In this document: positions 11,814 to 24,899 of the stretch, piece after piece
How positions within the stretch are numbered: position 1 is the stretch's first letter
How the letters are laid out: each line of letters starts with the position of its first letter
Assembly: GCF_963921235.1 (NCBI RefSeq)
Contig: NC_086101.1
Location: 5,396,001-5,460,000 of the forward strand
DNA length: 64,000 nucleotides
Direction: 5' to 3'
From: Mobula hypostoma
Lineage: Eukaryota
The notes under the pieces: generated by a model
Told to the model about the DNA's origin: nothing
The model's database searches: none
The model's input: the letters and a program-made list of their open reading frames with translations, nothing else
Translations under genes and position numbers: made by a program

Positions 11814-12158
11814 TTTCTTTCTTTTCTTTCTTTTTAAATCTTTTTATTGAGTAAGTATACAAAAAAGGTAAGCCATATAAACATTAATACAATGTTAAAG
11901 TATAATAAGATTCCAAAAGATAACAATACCAAAAAGAAAATACTACAAACAATGTAATTTAAGCATAAGAAACCAAGATAACATAATAATATACTAAATT
12001 TTATATATATCAATGGAAAAAAAAGAAAAAAAAAACCCCCAAAAAAAACCCACCGTGCAGCTAACTAAAAGCAAGGCAAAGCAATGGGCTAACTTGAAAC
12101 CAAACAGAGTTAAACTTAAAATCACGTCCTCAATCCCGACCTCCATTAAAAACAGTGA
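11814..12158 (-). mobile_element. 5'-truncated A-tailed retroposon (L1/Tx1-like 3' UTR)
   Basis: 19-bp TSD atgactagtggtgttcctc (11795-11813, 12159-12177); aataaa and A-rich tail on the minus strand. Confidence 0.7.
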
Positions 12159-13209
12159 ATGACTAGTGGTGTTCCTCAAGGGTCAGTATTGGGACCGCTG
12201 CTTTTCACATTGTTTGTCAGTGATTTAGATAATGGAATTGATGGCTTTGTGGCAAAGTTTGCAGATGATATGAAGATAGGTGGAGGGGTAGGTAGTGCTG
12301 AGGAAGCAATGTGATTGCAGCAGGACTTGGACAAATTGGAAGAATGGGCGAAAAGTGACAGATGGAATACAGTGTTGGGAAATGAACGATAATACATTTT
12401 GGTAAAAGGAACAACAGTGCAGACTAGTATCTAAATGGGGAGAAAATTCAAACATCAGGACTTAGGAGGGACTTAGGAGTCCTCATGAAAGCCTCCCAGA
12501 AGGTTAATTTACAGGTTGAGTCTGTGGTAAAAATGGTAAATGTAAATGTAATGTTGGCACTTATTTGAATGGGAATAGAATATTGAAGCAAGGAGATAAT
12601 GCTGAGCCTTTATAAGACACTAGTCAAGCCGCACGGGGAGTATTGTCAACAGTTTTGTGCCCCATATCTCAGAAAGGATGTGTTGTCATTGGAGAGAGCC
12701 CAGAGGAGGTTACGAGGATGATTCCAGGAATGAAGGGTTAACACATGAGGAATGTTTGGCAGCTTTGGGCCTGTACTCACTGGAATTTTGAAGAATACGG
12801 GGGATCTCATTGAAACCTATCAAATGGTAAGAGTCCTTGAAAGAGCAGATGTGGAGAGGATGTTTCTGGTGGTGAGACAGTGTAGGACCAGAGAGCACAG
12901 CCTCAGAATAGAGGGACACCCACTTAGAACAGAGGTGAGGAGTCTCATTAGCAGGAGGCTGGTGAATCTGTGGAATTCTTTGCCATGGACGGCTGTGGAG
13001 AATAAGCCTTTGAGTATATTTAAAGCAAAGGTTGATAGGGTCTTGATTTAGTCAGGGTCAAAGGTTACAGGGAGAAGGCAGGAGAACGGGGTTGAGAGAT
13101 AATAGATCAGCTATGATGCAGTGGCAGAGCAGACTCATTCGGCTGGATCCTGCTCCTCTGTCTTATGCCTATGCAGATATGAGAATTGTTGGCTGTTTAG
13201 TCGTCTCTG

Positions 13210-13952
13210 CGTCATGGTCCGGTCCGTGAAGTCCGCATTCCGGGTCACGGTCCGGTCCATCGACCCTTGCTCCGGGTTTTCCTATCTACCCTGTTTCTGT
13301 TCCTGTTGAGCACTAATTGAGGCAGCTGATGCTCGTTGGGGCTGGCTGAATAAATACCTCCAGAGACCAGGGTGTGGCTGCTGGATTGTTCTTGTCCTTA
13401 CTCCTTGTATCCCTTCCCCTGCCTTCTGTTTCCTTGCCTGAAGCCTTGCCTTGTCTTGCTGGTAACTCTCGCCTCATCTCGCCTGAAGTCTTGTCCTGGA
13501 GCCACCCTGTACCTAGCTCCCTTCCTGTCCCTCGCCTCCGTCAGGTAAGCCAGGCCATCTTGCCATTACCTACAGTTGGTTCTGCCCCTTCCTGTCCCGT
13601 GCCTCCGTCGGGTAAGCCAGGCCGTATTGCCGTTACCCTGTGGTTGGTTCTGTCCCTTCCTGTCCCTTGCCTCCGTCGGGTGGTGTACCGCGCCCTGCCC
13701 AGGAGGAGCTTCAAGACCCCAGGCCTCGAGCCTCGCCCCAAGCCTGGCCTCAAGTCTCTGGTCTTCAGCCTCGTCCTGCCTGCCAGCCAAGTCACGTCTT
13801 TGCCCCGCTCCTAGCTCCCTTGTCCAGTTCGGTTCCGGATTTCCGGTTTTTGTTTCCATGTCCTTGCCCTCGCCCTGTATCCTAGTCCTGTCCTAGTACT
13901 TCAGTGTCTGTGTCTTGCCCTTGGGTCCGTTCCCAGCCACCCCCTTATGACA
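13210..13952 (+). mobile_element. Solo LTR (probably Gypsy-like)
   Basis: (c)gtcat...atgaca termini, 5-bp TSD ctctg, internal tandem repeat of about 68 bp x2.5 at 13520-13681. Confidence 0.7.
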
Positions 13953-14153
13953 CTCTGACACAGAAGGCAATGCAACGTACAGTAACACAGCTAGTCTGCG
14001 CAGATATCTACGCTAATTCACAGCTGTTCTTTCTCAGACCATGGGAGTAACGGCCCTGAGCTCCTCTGCTGAGTGTTTCCCTAAAAACAGACTGAACCAA
14101 CGTATAGAGAGAGACAAGTTCACATTGGGAGCAATCGGACTGCTCCACGGTAC

Positions 14154-14444
14154 CTGCGGTGGTGACCTGGGTGCTGAGGGGCTGGGTCCTCAAACTCCCC
14201 GAGATCCCGTAGAGATGGATGGTGTATCTGGTGGAGGGACGGAGACTACCGATGAGGTACACTCGCTTCCCGCCAGCCACCGTGATGTTCTGGGTCTCCT
14301 GCGACCCCTGAACCCTGTACTGGATGAAGAAGGAGTCAAAGGTCCTGTCTGTGGTCCAGGAGAGGCGGACAGAGTTTGATGTGACGGTCGGGGTTGACAG
14401 GGTGCCCAGTTTCAACGGTGATCGGGCACCTTTGTCCTCAGGAT
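14154..14444 (-). CDS. Tenascin-like FN3 exon T13 (291 bp, class A)
   Basis: Acceptor ctctctgtttcag|, donor G|gtaccg; DPEDKGARSPLKLGTLSTPTVTSNSVRLSW...QVTTA. Confidence 0.9.
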
Positions 14445-14902
14445 CTGAAACAGAGAGGTTGAGGTGTGAGGAGACATGGATTTCACTGCAGTTCGCACAA
14501 CCTCCAGAATTGGCTTCTAACACACCGTTTGAGGCCCCTGACAGAAATTGTTAGTCCACAGGGAGGAAGCAACTAAATCTGCTTCAGGACATTTAAAAAT
14601 GAGTGAGCTGGACCGAGTGAACATTACAAAAATATCGCCTAATTTGTGATGATTCTTTACACTAACAACTAGCTTCTCTGACGCAGGAATGATCCTGAGC
14701 ACATCTGCCAGTCTACACGTGAGTTCCTGGATGGACAATTACAGAGGGGGTGGAGAACAGCGAGGGAGAAAGTTGGGGGGGGGAGGGGGAAGGGGAGAAG
14801 AGAATGAGAGAGATGGAGACAGAGTTTGAAAGAGAGGGAGACAGAGAGAGGAAGAAGGAGACAGAGGTTGACATTCAGAGGCGTTGGACCGCTCCACAGT
14901 AC

Positions 14903-15193
14903 CTGCAGTGGTGACCTGGGTGGTGAGCGGCTGGGTCTGCAAACTCCCCGAGATCCCGTAGAGATGGATGGTGTATCTGGTGGAAGGACGGAGACTACCG
15001 ATGAGGTAAACTCGCTTCCCGCCAGCCACCGTGATGTTCCGGGTCTCCTGCGACCCCTGAACCCTGTACTGGATGAGGAAGGAGTCAAAGGTCCTGTCTG
15101 TGGTCCAGGAGATGCGGACAGAGTTCGATGTGACAGTTGGGGTTGACAGGGTGCCCAGTCTCACCAGCGATGGGGCATCTTTGTCCTCATGAG
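14903..15193 (-). CDS. Tenascin-like FN3 exon T12 (291 bp, class A)
   Basis: Acceptor ctctccatttcag|, donor G|gtactg; AHEDKDAPSLVRLGTLSTPTVTSNSVRISW...QVTTA. Confidence 0.9.
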
Positions 15194-15636
15194 CTGAAAT
15201 GGAGAGGTTAAGGTGTGAGGACTCCTACACAATGCCTCAGATATGTCCTCATTAACACCTAATACAACTTCAACATAATATCCAACTCCTGGACTCAGTA
15301 CTCCGAATATGAAGGCCAATGTGCCAAAAGTTCTCTTAATTGTTCTATCATTGGCAGGTTGTCTCTCAGCTGCCTGAGGCCCGTGTTCTCTGCCCTTAAG
15401 ACAGTCCTCTGAGTCTCGAGGCTTGACTAAGCCCATGGTTGTCTGACCACAGACCATAACATTATGTCTAATTGATTCTTGGCTGTTGGACACATGTCCC
15501 ACACCACCAATTCAGGAACAGTTATTACCCCTCAGCTATCAGGCTCTTGAACCAGAGGGGATAACTTCACTCACCCCATCACTGAACTGTTCCCACAAAC
15601 CACTTTCAAGGACTCTAAATCAATGTCCCCTCTAAG

Positions 15637-15637
<1 letters not shown>

Positions 15638-15676
<39 letters not shown>
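15638..15676. repeat. (TG)n microsatellite inside a degenerate MITE-like element
   Basis: (TG)n follows caatgtcccctctaa, which resembles a hAT terminal inverted repeat; partial second copy at about 16550-16650. Confidence 0.75.
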
Positions 15677-15681
<5 letters not shown>

Positions 15682-16744
15682 CATGCCCATCCTTTGCTAC
15701 TAGCGCACAAAGAAATTTAAACTGTGCACTAAAGGTTGTCACCCTTGACCTCGTTGTCATGTTAAGTATATTCCACGATCCTATCCAATCACATTTCCTT
15801 TTCTGGTTTCTGATGCAGACGGTGTTGACAACGTGGAGTTTGCGATGATTCGCCTGCAGATTTTAGAACTGGCTTATTTATACTGTTTTTACTGAAGAAA
15901 TTATTCAATACGCACATGTTGTTGTCACTGAGCAAAAACAATTGCTCAGCAGAAGATTTTTTGCGCACACGGGTCATTACAAATTGAGGATCCCTACCAA
16001 GCAGCCCACAATCACTTTGACCCACTACTATCTGGAAGGAGGCACAGGAACATCCTCTTCCCTCAGGCTGTGAGAGTATGAATACCCTGCCCCCACCGAG
16101 TTCCCATCATGAGCTGTTTGCTGTTTACTTGCTCTGAGCCTAATGTCCATTTTGAATTCTACATTATTAATTTAATTATGTTTAATGTACATGCTTTGTG
16201 GGTGGACTGTGGTCCAGAGAAATGTTATTTCATTTGGTTGTACTGTATATACAGTATGGACAAACAGATGGCAATATACTTGAACTTGAACCTGAATCTG
16301 CTCCATGGCTGCTTTAGTATCCTCCTCAACGCCATTCTCCTGTAACGTCTAATGACTTGACTAATCCAGAACCCATCAACCTCCACATTACATATACCCA
16401 ATGACTTGGCTCCACACATGTCTGTGGCAATGAATCCCACAGATTCACCACCCTCTGGCTAAAAGAAATTCCTCCTCACCTCTGTTCTCAATGGACGTCC
16501 CTCTATTCTGAGGCAGTGCCCTCTGGTCCCACACTCTCTCCGCTGTAAGAATATTCCCTCTGCTGTGCATGTGTGCACATGTCCGTGTGTTGACAATGTG
16601 GAGTTTGTGATTTCTCTGTAGATTTTAGAACTGGCTTATTTATACTGTTTCTAATATATTTACATATATGAGCAAGAGAGACATATAAACATAGATAGAT
16701 AGAAATATGTTCACAACGAGAGGGATCAGACCGCTCCACAGTAC

Positions 16745-17035
16745 CTGCAGTGGTGACCTGGGTGGTGAGGGGCTGGGTCCGCAGAGGCCCTGAGATCCCG
16801 TAGAGATAGATGGTGTACTTGGTGGAGGGATGGAGACCCCGAATGAGGTACACTTGCTTTCCGCCGGTCACCGTGATGTTCCGGGTCTCCTGTGTTCCCT
16901 GTACCCTGTACTGGATGAGGAAGGAGTCAAAGGTCCTGTCCGTGGTCCAGGAGAGGCGAACAGAGTTGGACGTGACGATCGGTGGTGACAGGGTGCCCAG
17001 TTTCATCGGAGACGCTGGAGCTTTGTCTTCAGGAG
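16745..17035 (-). CDS. Tenascin-like FN3 exon T11 (291 bp, class A)
   Basis: Acceptor tttctggttttag|, donor G|gtactg; APEDKAPASPMKLGTLSPPIVTSNSVRLSW...QVTTA. Confidence 0.9.
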
Positions 17036-17114
17036 CTAAAACCAGAAAGGTGAAGGTATGAGGAACCATTCACATTTCCTCTGATCTGCTGCCTGTGCAG
17101 AGTGATTTGAACAG

Positions 17115-17740
17115 TACAGATCAGTACAGGCCCTTCGGCCCACAACGTTGTGCCGACCTCTTAACCTACTCAATGTTCAATCTAACCTTCCCTCCTGTAT
17201 AACCCTCCATATTTCTATCATCCACGTGCCTATCTCCAAGATTATTAAATGCCCCCAATATATCTTCCTCAGCCACCACCCCAGGCAGTGTGCTCCACAT
17301 ACCAACCTCTCTCTGCGATAAAAAAAAATCCATCCTGGGGAAAAGTCTCTGGATAGTCACTCGATGTACACCTCTTACCATCATGTACATCTCCATCAAG
17401 TCACCTCTCATCCTCCTTCGCTCTAAAGAGAAAAGCCCTAGCTCACTCAACCTACCTTCATAAGACATGTCCTGCAGTCCAGGCAGCATCTTCTGCATCT
17501 TTAATAAAGTGTGCACATCCTTCCTATAATGATGCCTCCAGAACGGAACACAATATTCCAAGTGTGGTCTAATCAACGTTACCTTGCATCTCTTGAACTC
17601 AATCTGCTGATTAACGAAAGCCCCCACACCATACCGCTTCTTAATCATCGCAGCTACTTGGAGATATCTACAGAGGTGGACCCCAAGATCATTCTGTTCC
17701 TCTACACTGCCAGGAGATTCCCAGCGCCGGGAATTGGGCT
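17115..17740 (-). mobile_element. CR1 3' fragment, co-duplicated with exon T11
   Basis: RPHLEYCVPFW...LGLFSLERRRMRGDL; paralog of 19830-20560. Confidence 0.85.
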
Positions 17741-19459
17741 TCCGACTCAGCACTGGTAGCATCTGTCAGAAACCTGGACTGCCACAGATAGCATAAAGCT
17801 CCATCTGCTCACCATACCAGGATACTTAAAATGACACCATTCCCTGCATCACTGACACCAGGGAATGATCAGTAAACTGATAACTTGATTGGAATTTCCA
17901 GGATATTCCAGGGAAGGGACAGATCATCCAGAGGAAATCTATTCCGCTAGCCGCAATTTAGAGGAGTGAGAAGGGAGCCTAAAATCAAGAGCTGGGTTTA
18001 GGCAGTGAAATTCAGAAGCACTTCTGTACGCAGTGGTTAACCTTTGACATCATCGGCATTTTTTCCACTGAGGTTGTGAAGACTACAACCAGAGGTTATG
18101 GGTTAAGGGTGAAAGGTTTAAGGGGAACATGAGAGGAATCTTCTTCACTCAGAGGGTTGTAAGAGAGTGGATCGTGCTACCAGCTCAAGTGGTGCGTGGA
18201 AGCTTCATTTCAATGCTTAAAAGGTACCTGGGTAGTAGGCTGGTAACTGTGGTCCCAGTGCAGCTCACTGGAGTAGGCAGTTTAAATGGCTCGGCACTGA
18301 CTAGATGGGCTGAAGGGCCTGTTTCTGTGCTGTGCCTTTTCTCTGCCAGTAGACCTGTGACTAGTGGTGTGCCAACAGGGACCTGTGCCGGGTCCATTAT
18401 TGTTTGTCATCTATAGCAGTGATCTGGATGATAATGTGGTTAACTGGATCAGCAAACTTGTCGCTGACACCAAGTAAGGAAGACAATCAAAGGTTGCAGC
18501 TGGATTTCGCGCAGCCGGAGAAAGTGGCTGATAAACAGCAGATGGAATTTAATGCAGTCAAGTGTGAGGTGTCAGACTTTGGAGGGACAAACCAGAGCAG
18601 AGCTTAAATGGTGAACAGAGGGGCATGGAGGAGCCTGGTGAAACAGCAGGATCTGGGAAAACAGGTGCGTTATTCTTTGAAAGGGACGTCATAGGTAATT
18701 GGTCGCAAAGAAAGCTTTTGGCACATTGGCCTTCAGAGATTGAGTACAGGAGATGTTGAAATTGCAGAAGGCAATAACTGTCTGGAAAAGCAGTGAAGCT
18801 AATTCAGAATATTGTGTGCAGTTCTGGCCACCTGCCTATGGAAAAGATGTCGATAAGATTGAAAGAGTGCAGAGCAATTTTACAAGGCGATATGATAGAG
18901 GTACATCAGGGTTTAGACAGAGTCAATGCCAGCAAGCGTTTCTCCACGGAGGCAGGGTGAGACAGGAACCGGACAAGGGTGAAAATTGAAATATTCAAGA
19001 GGAACATGAGGGGGAGCTTCTTCACTCGGTGGGTGATGAGAGTGCGGAACGAGCTGCCAGAAGTGCTTGAATTTCAACGTTTAAGTGAAGTTTACGTTAG
19101 TATCTGGATGTGTGGGGGGGATGTTGGGCTATGGTCTGTGAGCGGGTCAATGGGACTCTGACAGATAACAGTTCAGCATGGACTAGATGGGCCAAAGGGC
19201 CTGGTTTGTAGCTGTGGTACTGTACGACACTATAACCAAACTTCGGTGCCCTTTCCCAAGGCATCGACATGGTACACTGCTGCCTGGCCTGACTTATAGT
19301 TCAGACAGAAGTGGGTGGAATGAATATTATAACAAATCAGTTGACTGCTCTTCAGACAGCATGGCCCTGATTGCAGGCAAATCCCTGGAAAAGGACTGGA
19401 GAAAGATGGACAGAGAGAGACGCGTTGACAACGAGAGGGATCGGACCGCTCCACAGTAC

Positions 19460-19750
19460 CTGCAGTGGTGACCTGGGTGGTGAGGGGCTGGGTCCGCAGA
19501 GGCCCTGAGATCCCGTAGAGATAGATGGTGTACTTGGTGGAGGGATGGAGACCTCTAATGAGGTATACTCGCTTTCCACTGGTCACCGTGATGTTCCGGG
19601 TCTCCTGTGATCCCTGGACTCTGTACTGGATGAGGAAGGAGTCAAAGGTCCTGTCCGTGGTCCAGGAGAGGCGAACAGAGTTGGACGTGACGGTCAGTGG
19701 TGACAGGCTGCCCAGTTTCATTGGAGACGCTGGAGCTTTGTCTTCAGGAG
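19460..19750 (-). CDS. Tenascin-like FN3 exon T10 (291 bp, class A)
   Basis: Acceptor tctctggttttag|, donor G|gtactg; APEDKAPASPMKLGSLSPLTVTSNSVRLSW...QVTTA. Confidence 0.9.
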
Positions 19751-19829
19751 CTAAAACCAGAGAGGTGAAGGTATGAGGAACCATTCATATTTCCTCTGAT
19801 CTGCTGCCTGTGCAGAGTGATTTGAACAG

Positions 19830-20560
19830 TACAGATCAGTACAGGCCCTTCGGCCCACAACGTTGTGCCGACCTCTTAACCTACTCAATGTTCAATCTAA
19901 CCTTCCCTCCTGTATAACCCTCCATATTTCTATCATCCACGTGCCTATCTCCAAGATTATTAAATGCCCCCAATATATCTTCCTCAGCCACCACCCCAGG
20001 CAGTGTGCTCCACATACCCACCTCTCTCTGTGTGAAAAAACTTACCTCTGACATCCACCCATACTTTCCTCCAATCACCGTAAAATTACGCCCCCTTGTA
20101 ATAGCCACATCCGTCCTGTGGAAAAGTCCCTGGATAGTCACTCGACGTACACCTCTCATCATATTGTACATCTCTATCAAGTCACCTCTCATCCTCCTTC
20201 GCTCTAAAGAGAAAAGCCCCAGCTCACTCAACCTACCTTCATAAGACATGTCCTGCAGTCCAGGCCGCATCCTCTGCACCCTTAATAAAGTGTGCATATC
20301 CTTCTTATAATGATGCCTCCAGAACTGAACACAATATTCCAAGTGTGGTCTAATCAGGGTTCTATAGAGATGCAACGTTACCTTGCATCTCTTGAACTCA
20401 ATCCCCTGATTAACGAAAGCCCACACCCCATACAGCTTCTTAACTATCGTATCTACTTGCGCAGCAACTTGGAGATATCTACAGAGGTGGACCCCAAGAT
20501 CATTCTGTTCCTCTACACTGCCATGAGATTCCCAGTGCCGGGAGTTAGCCTTCCAACTCA
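19830..20560 (-). mobile_element. CR1 3' fragment, co-duplicated with exon T10
   Basis: ORF 19881-20573 LYRTLIRPHLEYCVQFW...TRGRNF. Confidence 0.85.
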
Positions 20561-22679
20561 TCACTGGTAGCATCTGTCAGAAACCTGGACTGCCACAGAT
20601 AGCATAAAGCTCCATCTGCACACCATACCAGGATACTTAAAATGACACCATTCCCTGCAGCACTGACACCAGGGAATGATCAGTAAACTGATAACTTGAT
20701 TGGAATTTCCAGGATATTCCAGGGAAGGGACAGATCATCCAGAGGAAATCTATTCCGCTAGCTGCAATTTGGAGGAGTGAGAAGGGAGCCTAAAATCGAG
20801 AGCTGGGTTTAGGCAGTGAAATTCAGAAGCACTTTTGTACGCAGTGGTTAACCTTTGGCATCATCGGCATTGGTATCGGCCATTTGCCTTCAGCTCACTG
20901 GCAGTAAAGTCGAGAAATTCCATCCCTGAACATATCCGCCCTTAAGGTATTCCTTCATAGACGCAGTCTTTGATTTGCTTTCCAGATGTAAAGCACCTGG
21001 GGCTCCTTCAACATTGATGGGTGTTTTATCAAAGTAGGCATGCGTCACAATATACGATCTTGTGATTCATTTCCTTGCAGGCATTTACAGAAAATAAAGA
21101 AAGACAATAGAATGTACAAGCACTAAATCTGACAACCAACGTGCAATATAAGACAAATTGCAAGCTGTTTGTTGATCAACTGGTCAGCCAGGAGACTCTT
21201 TCTCAGGATGTACATGGCTGAGACAAGGGGGTACAACTTCAAAGTGTTGGCAGGAAAGTATACACAGGGGAGTCAGAGGTAGTTTTTTGTTTGCACAGAC
21301 ATGGGTGGCGATCGAGGCAGAGACATTAGGATTATTTAAGAGACCCTTAGATAGGCACACAGATGATATAAAAATTGTGGTGTTTGTGGGAGGGAAGGGT
21401 CAGATTGATCTTGGACTTGGTATAACTTCTTTCAGCAACTTTCAGTAAACTCTGCCTCCACAGGAAGCAAAGAAAAAAATCCATTGGCATGCCAAAAACC
21501 AAATACTGGGATAATGTTCCCTGCAGCCTCTGACACCCACAGTTAAAAGTAACAACTTAATTGGAATTTTCACGATATTCCAGCGAACTGATAGAGCATT
21601 TCCCACTGTCCGCAGGGTCTCGGAGATTGGAGCCTAAAATTGATATGTGGGTTTGGACTGAGAAATTGAGAAATACACAGCGGACAGGAGGACTTGTCAT
21701 TCTGCACCAGAAATTACAATGGTGCCGGAAAATGTTAAATATAGGGTTTGTAAACATTGTGTTGAGTGGAGAGATGTGGGCAAAAGTCAGGGATGAAATA
21801 TGAATTCAGTAAATTGCAGAATAATTTGAAGTTGCTGTCAGGTTCACTGTGCCTGGTGTTGGAGACCTGTCTGTCTGTGAGTGGTCAGGTTGGTGAGGGT
21901 GGAGTTCTCCTCCATAATCCTGACCTTATGGCACCATTACCACCCCGTGACTATAACAACCTCAACAGGCCCTCAGAAAGAAAAGTATTGAGTAGAGGAG
22001 ATGGGATGTTATGTCGAAGTTGTATAAGACATTGGTGAGGCCTAGTTTGGAGCATTGTGTGCGGTTTTGGTCACCTACCTACAGAAAAGATGTAAATAAG
22101 GTTGAAAGAGTACAGAGAAAATTTACAAGGACTTTGTCGGGTCTGGAGAACCTAAATTATAAGGAAAGATTAAATAGGCAATCTTTCTTGCGACGTAGAA
22201 GATTGAGAGGAGATTTAATATAGGTATACTAAATTATGAGAGGCATAGATAGGGTAAATGCAAGCATTCTTTCAACTGAGGTTGGGTGGGACTACAACTA
22301 GAGGTCACAGGTTCAGGGTGAAAGGTGAAAAGTTTAAGGGGAACATGAGAGAAATCTTCACTCAAAGGGTCGTGATAGTGTGGATCAAGCTACCCGCTCA
22401 AGGGGTACATGTAAGCTCGATTTCAGTACTTAAAAGGTACCTGGGTAGTATGGTCCCAGTGCAGCTCACTGGAGTAGGTGTTTAAATGGCTCGGCACTGA
22501 CTAGATGGGCTGAAGGGCCTGTGTCTGTGCTGTACCTTTCCTATGACTCGAGACTCATGACTTGTGGAGAGCTGCAGGGATCTGTGCTGGGTCCTTTGTT
22601 GTTTGTCACCTATATCAATGCTATGGACGATAACGTGATTAACTGGATCAGCATATTTGTGGCTGACACCAAGGATGGA

Positions 22680-23320
22680 GGGAGGAGCAGATGGCGACGT
22701 GACACAGCGCGCGGCCATTCCCAATGATATCGATTATGTGTTAACTAGGGGGCCGTGCACAATCCGGATTTGATGGAGACAGCCGTGAGAAGCACGGAGG
22801 AACACCTGGAGTAACTTTTGAAATGCCCGCTTCGCTGCCGCTGCTACTGTGCGATCGAGAATCTCTGGAGGGGAAGGCCCCAAATCCTCTGCTTTGCCTA
22901 TTGTCTTTTGCTGGGGCCGGGGTCGAAGCGCTCGGCAGAGATGGTGCTCGGGGCTCGGTGTCGGAGAGCTGGTCGGAGGCTCGGAGTTTTCGGACGGCCT
23001 CGGAGTCGGACTGTGGTCGGATGCTTCCAGGATGCTGCATCGGCAAGTTGGCGGCGCTGGAGGTTCACCATCTGCATGAGATGATGGGACCTTCGAGAGA
23101 CTTTGAGACTTTTACTGTGCCATGGTCTGTTCTTATCAAATTACGGTATTGTTTTGCACTGCTGTAACTATATGTTATAATTATGTAGTTTTTGTTAGTT
23201 TTTAAGTTGGTTTGTCATGTGTTTCTGTGATATCATTCTGGAAAAACATTGTATCATTTCTTAATGCATGCATTGCTAAATGACAATAAAAGAGGACTGC
23301 TTGTCCTCATAATCTAATAC
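22680..23320 (+). mobile_element. Non-autonomous retro-element of about 650 bp (family with 4 copies in the window)
   Basis: 5' ggag..agatggcg start, GC-rich body, 3' aataaa..gaggactg..ctcataatcta; other copies at 28375-28948, 39538-39717 (5' part) and 63095-63773. Confidence 0.75.
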
Positions 23321-24262
23321 CGAACAGCGAGGAAGATTATCAAAGCTTGCAGCAGGATTTGAGCAGCTGGAAAAATTATCTGAAAAGTAGCAGATGGAAT
23401 TTAATGCAGGTGGGTGAGGTGTCGGATTTTGGGTGGACAAACCAGAGTGGAGCTTAAGGAGCCTGGTGAAACAGCGGGATCTGGGAAAACAAGTCCATTA
23501 CTCCTTGAAAGGGGTGTCACAGGTAACCGGTGGCAAAGAAAGCTTTTGGTACATTGGCCTTCAGACCACTGAGTACAGGAGTTGTTGAAATTGTACAAGA
23601 TGTTGATGAGGCCAAATTTGGAGTATTGTGTCACCTACGGAAAAGATGTCGATAAGTTTGCAAGAGTACAGAGAAATTTTACAAGGCAATTTGACAGAGA
23701 TATATCAGGGTTTAGATAGGGTATATATCAGCAAGCTTTTCTCCACAGAGACTAGAACTGGACAAGGGTGCAAATTGAAATATTCAAGAGGGACATGAGG
23801 AGGAACTTCTTCACTGAGGGTGATGAGGGTGTGGAACGAGTTGCCAGCAGAACTGGTGGATGTGGGTTCAATTTCAACATTTAAGTGAAGTTTATGTTAG
23901 TATCTGGGTGTGTGGGGGGGGATGTTGGGCTATGGTCTGTGAGCGGGTCAATGGGACTCTGACGGATAACAGTTCAGCATGGACTAGATGGGCCAAAGGG
24001 CCTGGTTCATAGTTGTGGTACTGTACGGCTCTATAACCAAACTTTAGGTGCCCTTTGCAAAGGCATCATCATGGTACACTGCTGCCTGGGCTGTGGTACA
24101 CACGAAGTGCTGATTTATAAACGAGATACACTCAGAGAGAAGTACATTGAATTTTATAATAAATCAGTTCACTGCCATAAATCCCTGGAAAAAGAAATGG
24201 AGAAAGATGGACAGAGAGAGAGCCACGTTCACAATGAGAGGGATCGGACCGCTCCACGGTAC

Positions 24263-24553
24263 CTGCTGTGGTGACCTGGGTGGTGAGGGGCTGGGTGCGC
24301 AGAGACCCCGAGATCCCGTAGAGATAGATGGTGTATTTGGTGGAGGGACTGAGACCTCTAATGAGATACACTCGCTTTCCTCCGGTCACCGTGATGTTCT
24401 GGGTCTCCTGCGATCCCTGGACACTGTACTGGATGAGGAAGGAGTCAAAAGTCCTGTCTGTGGTCCAGGAGAGGCGGACAGAGTTCGACGTGACGCTCGG
24501 GGGTGACAGGGTGCCCAGTTTCGTTGGTGCTGCTGCATCTTGGTCTTCAGGAT
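24263..24553 (-). CDS. Tenascin-like FN3 exon T9 (291 bp, class A)
   Basis: Acceptor ctctctgtttcag|, donor G|gtaccg; DPEDQDAAAPTKLGTLSPPSVTSNSVRLSW...QVTTA. Confidence 0.9.
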
Positions 24554-24899
24554 CTGAAACAGAGAGGTCATGGTATGAGCAGGACTGGAGGCCACTGCTG
24601 CCTGAGGAGAGTGGTTGGGCAAAGCGATTCCTAACCCGCCCAATGGGAGTACCTGTCAGGAGTCTGTAATGCCTCACAATATAAAACAGACTCACATCAC
24701 ATTGTCTGGGAACATCAAGACATCATTTTAGAACAGAGATGATGGGGAATTTCTTCAGCCAGAGAGTGGTGAACTTGTGGAATTTGTTGCCACAGGCCGC
24801 TGTGTAGGCTGTCTTTATATTTAAAAAGGATAGATTTTAGACTAGTAAGGATGTCATTGGGGTCTCCCTCCCCACTATTTGTGACATTTAGTGGCAGTG

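Larger units (their letters stand above)
10735..13175 (+). mobile_element. CR1 LINE ORF2 (RT and 3' end), interrupted by two insertions
   Basis: LKVDKSPGPDGLHPRVLREV, then VTSGVPQGSVLGP and FADD regions; insertions at 11401-11800 and 11814-12158. Confidence 0.85.

Noticed and set aside
14041..14379. Recurrent plus-strand ORFs over the FN3 exons
   Set aside because: Antisense shadows of the duplicated exons, with no splice or start context.
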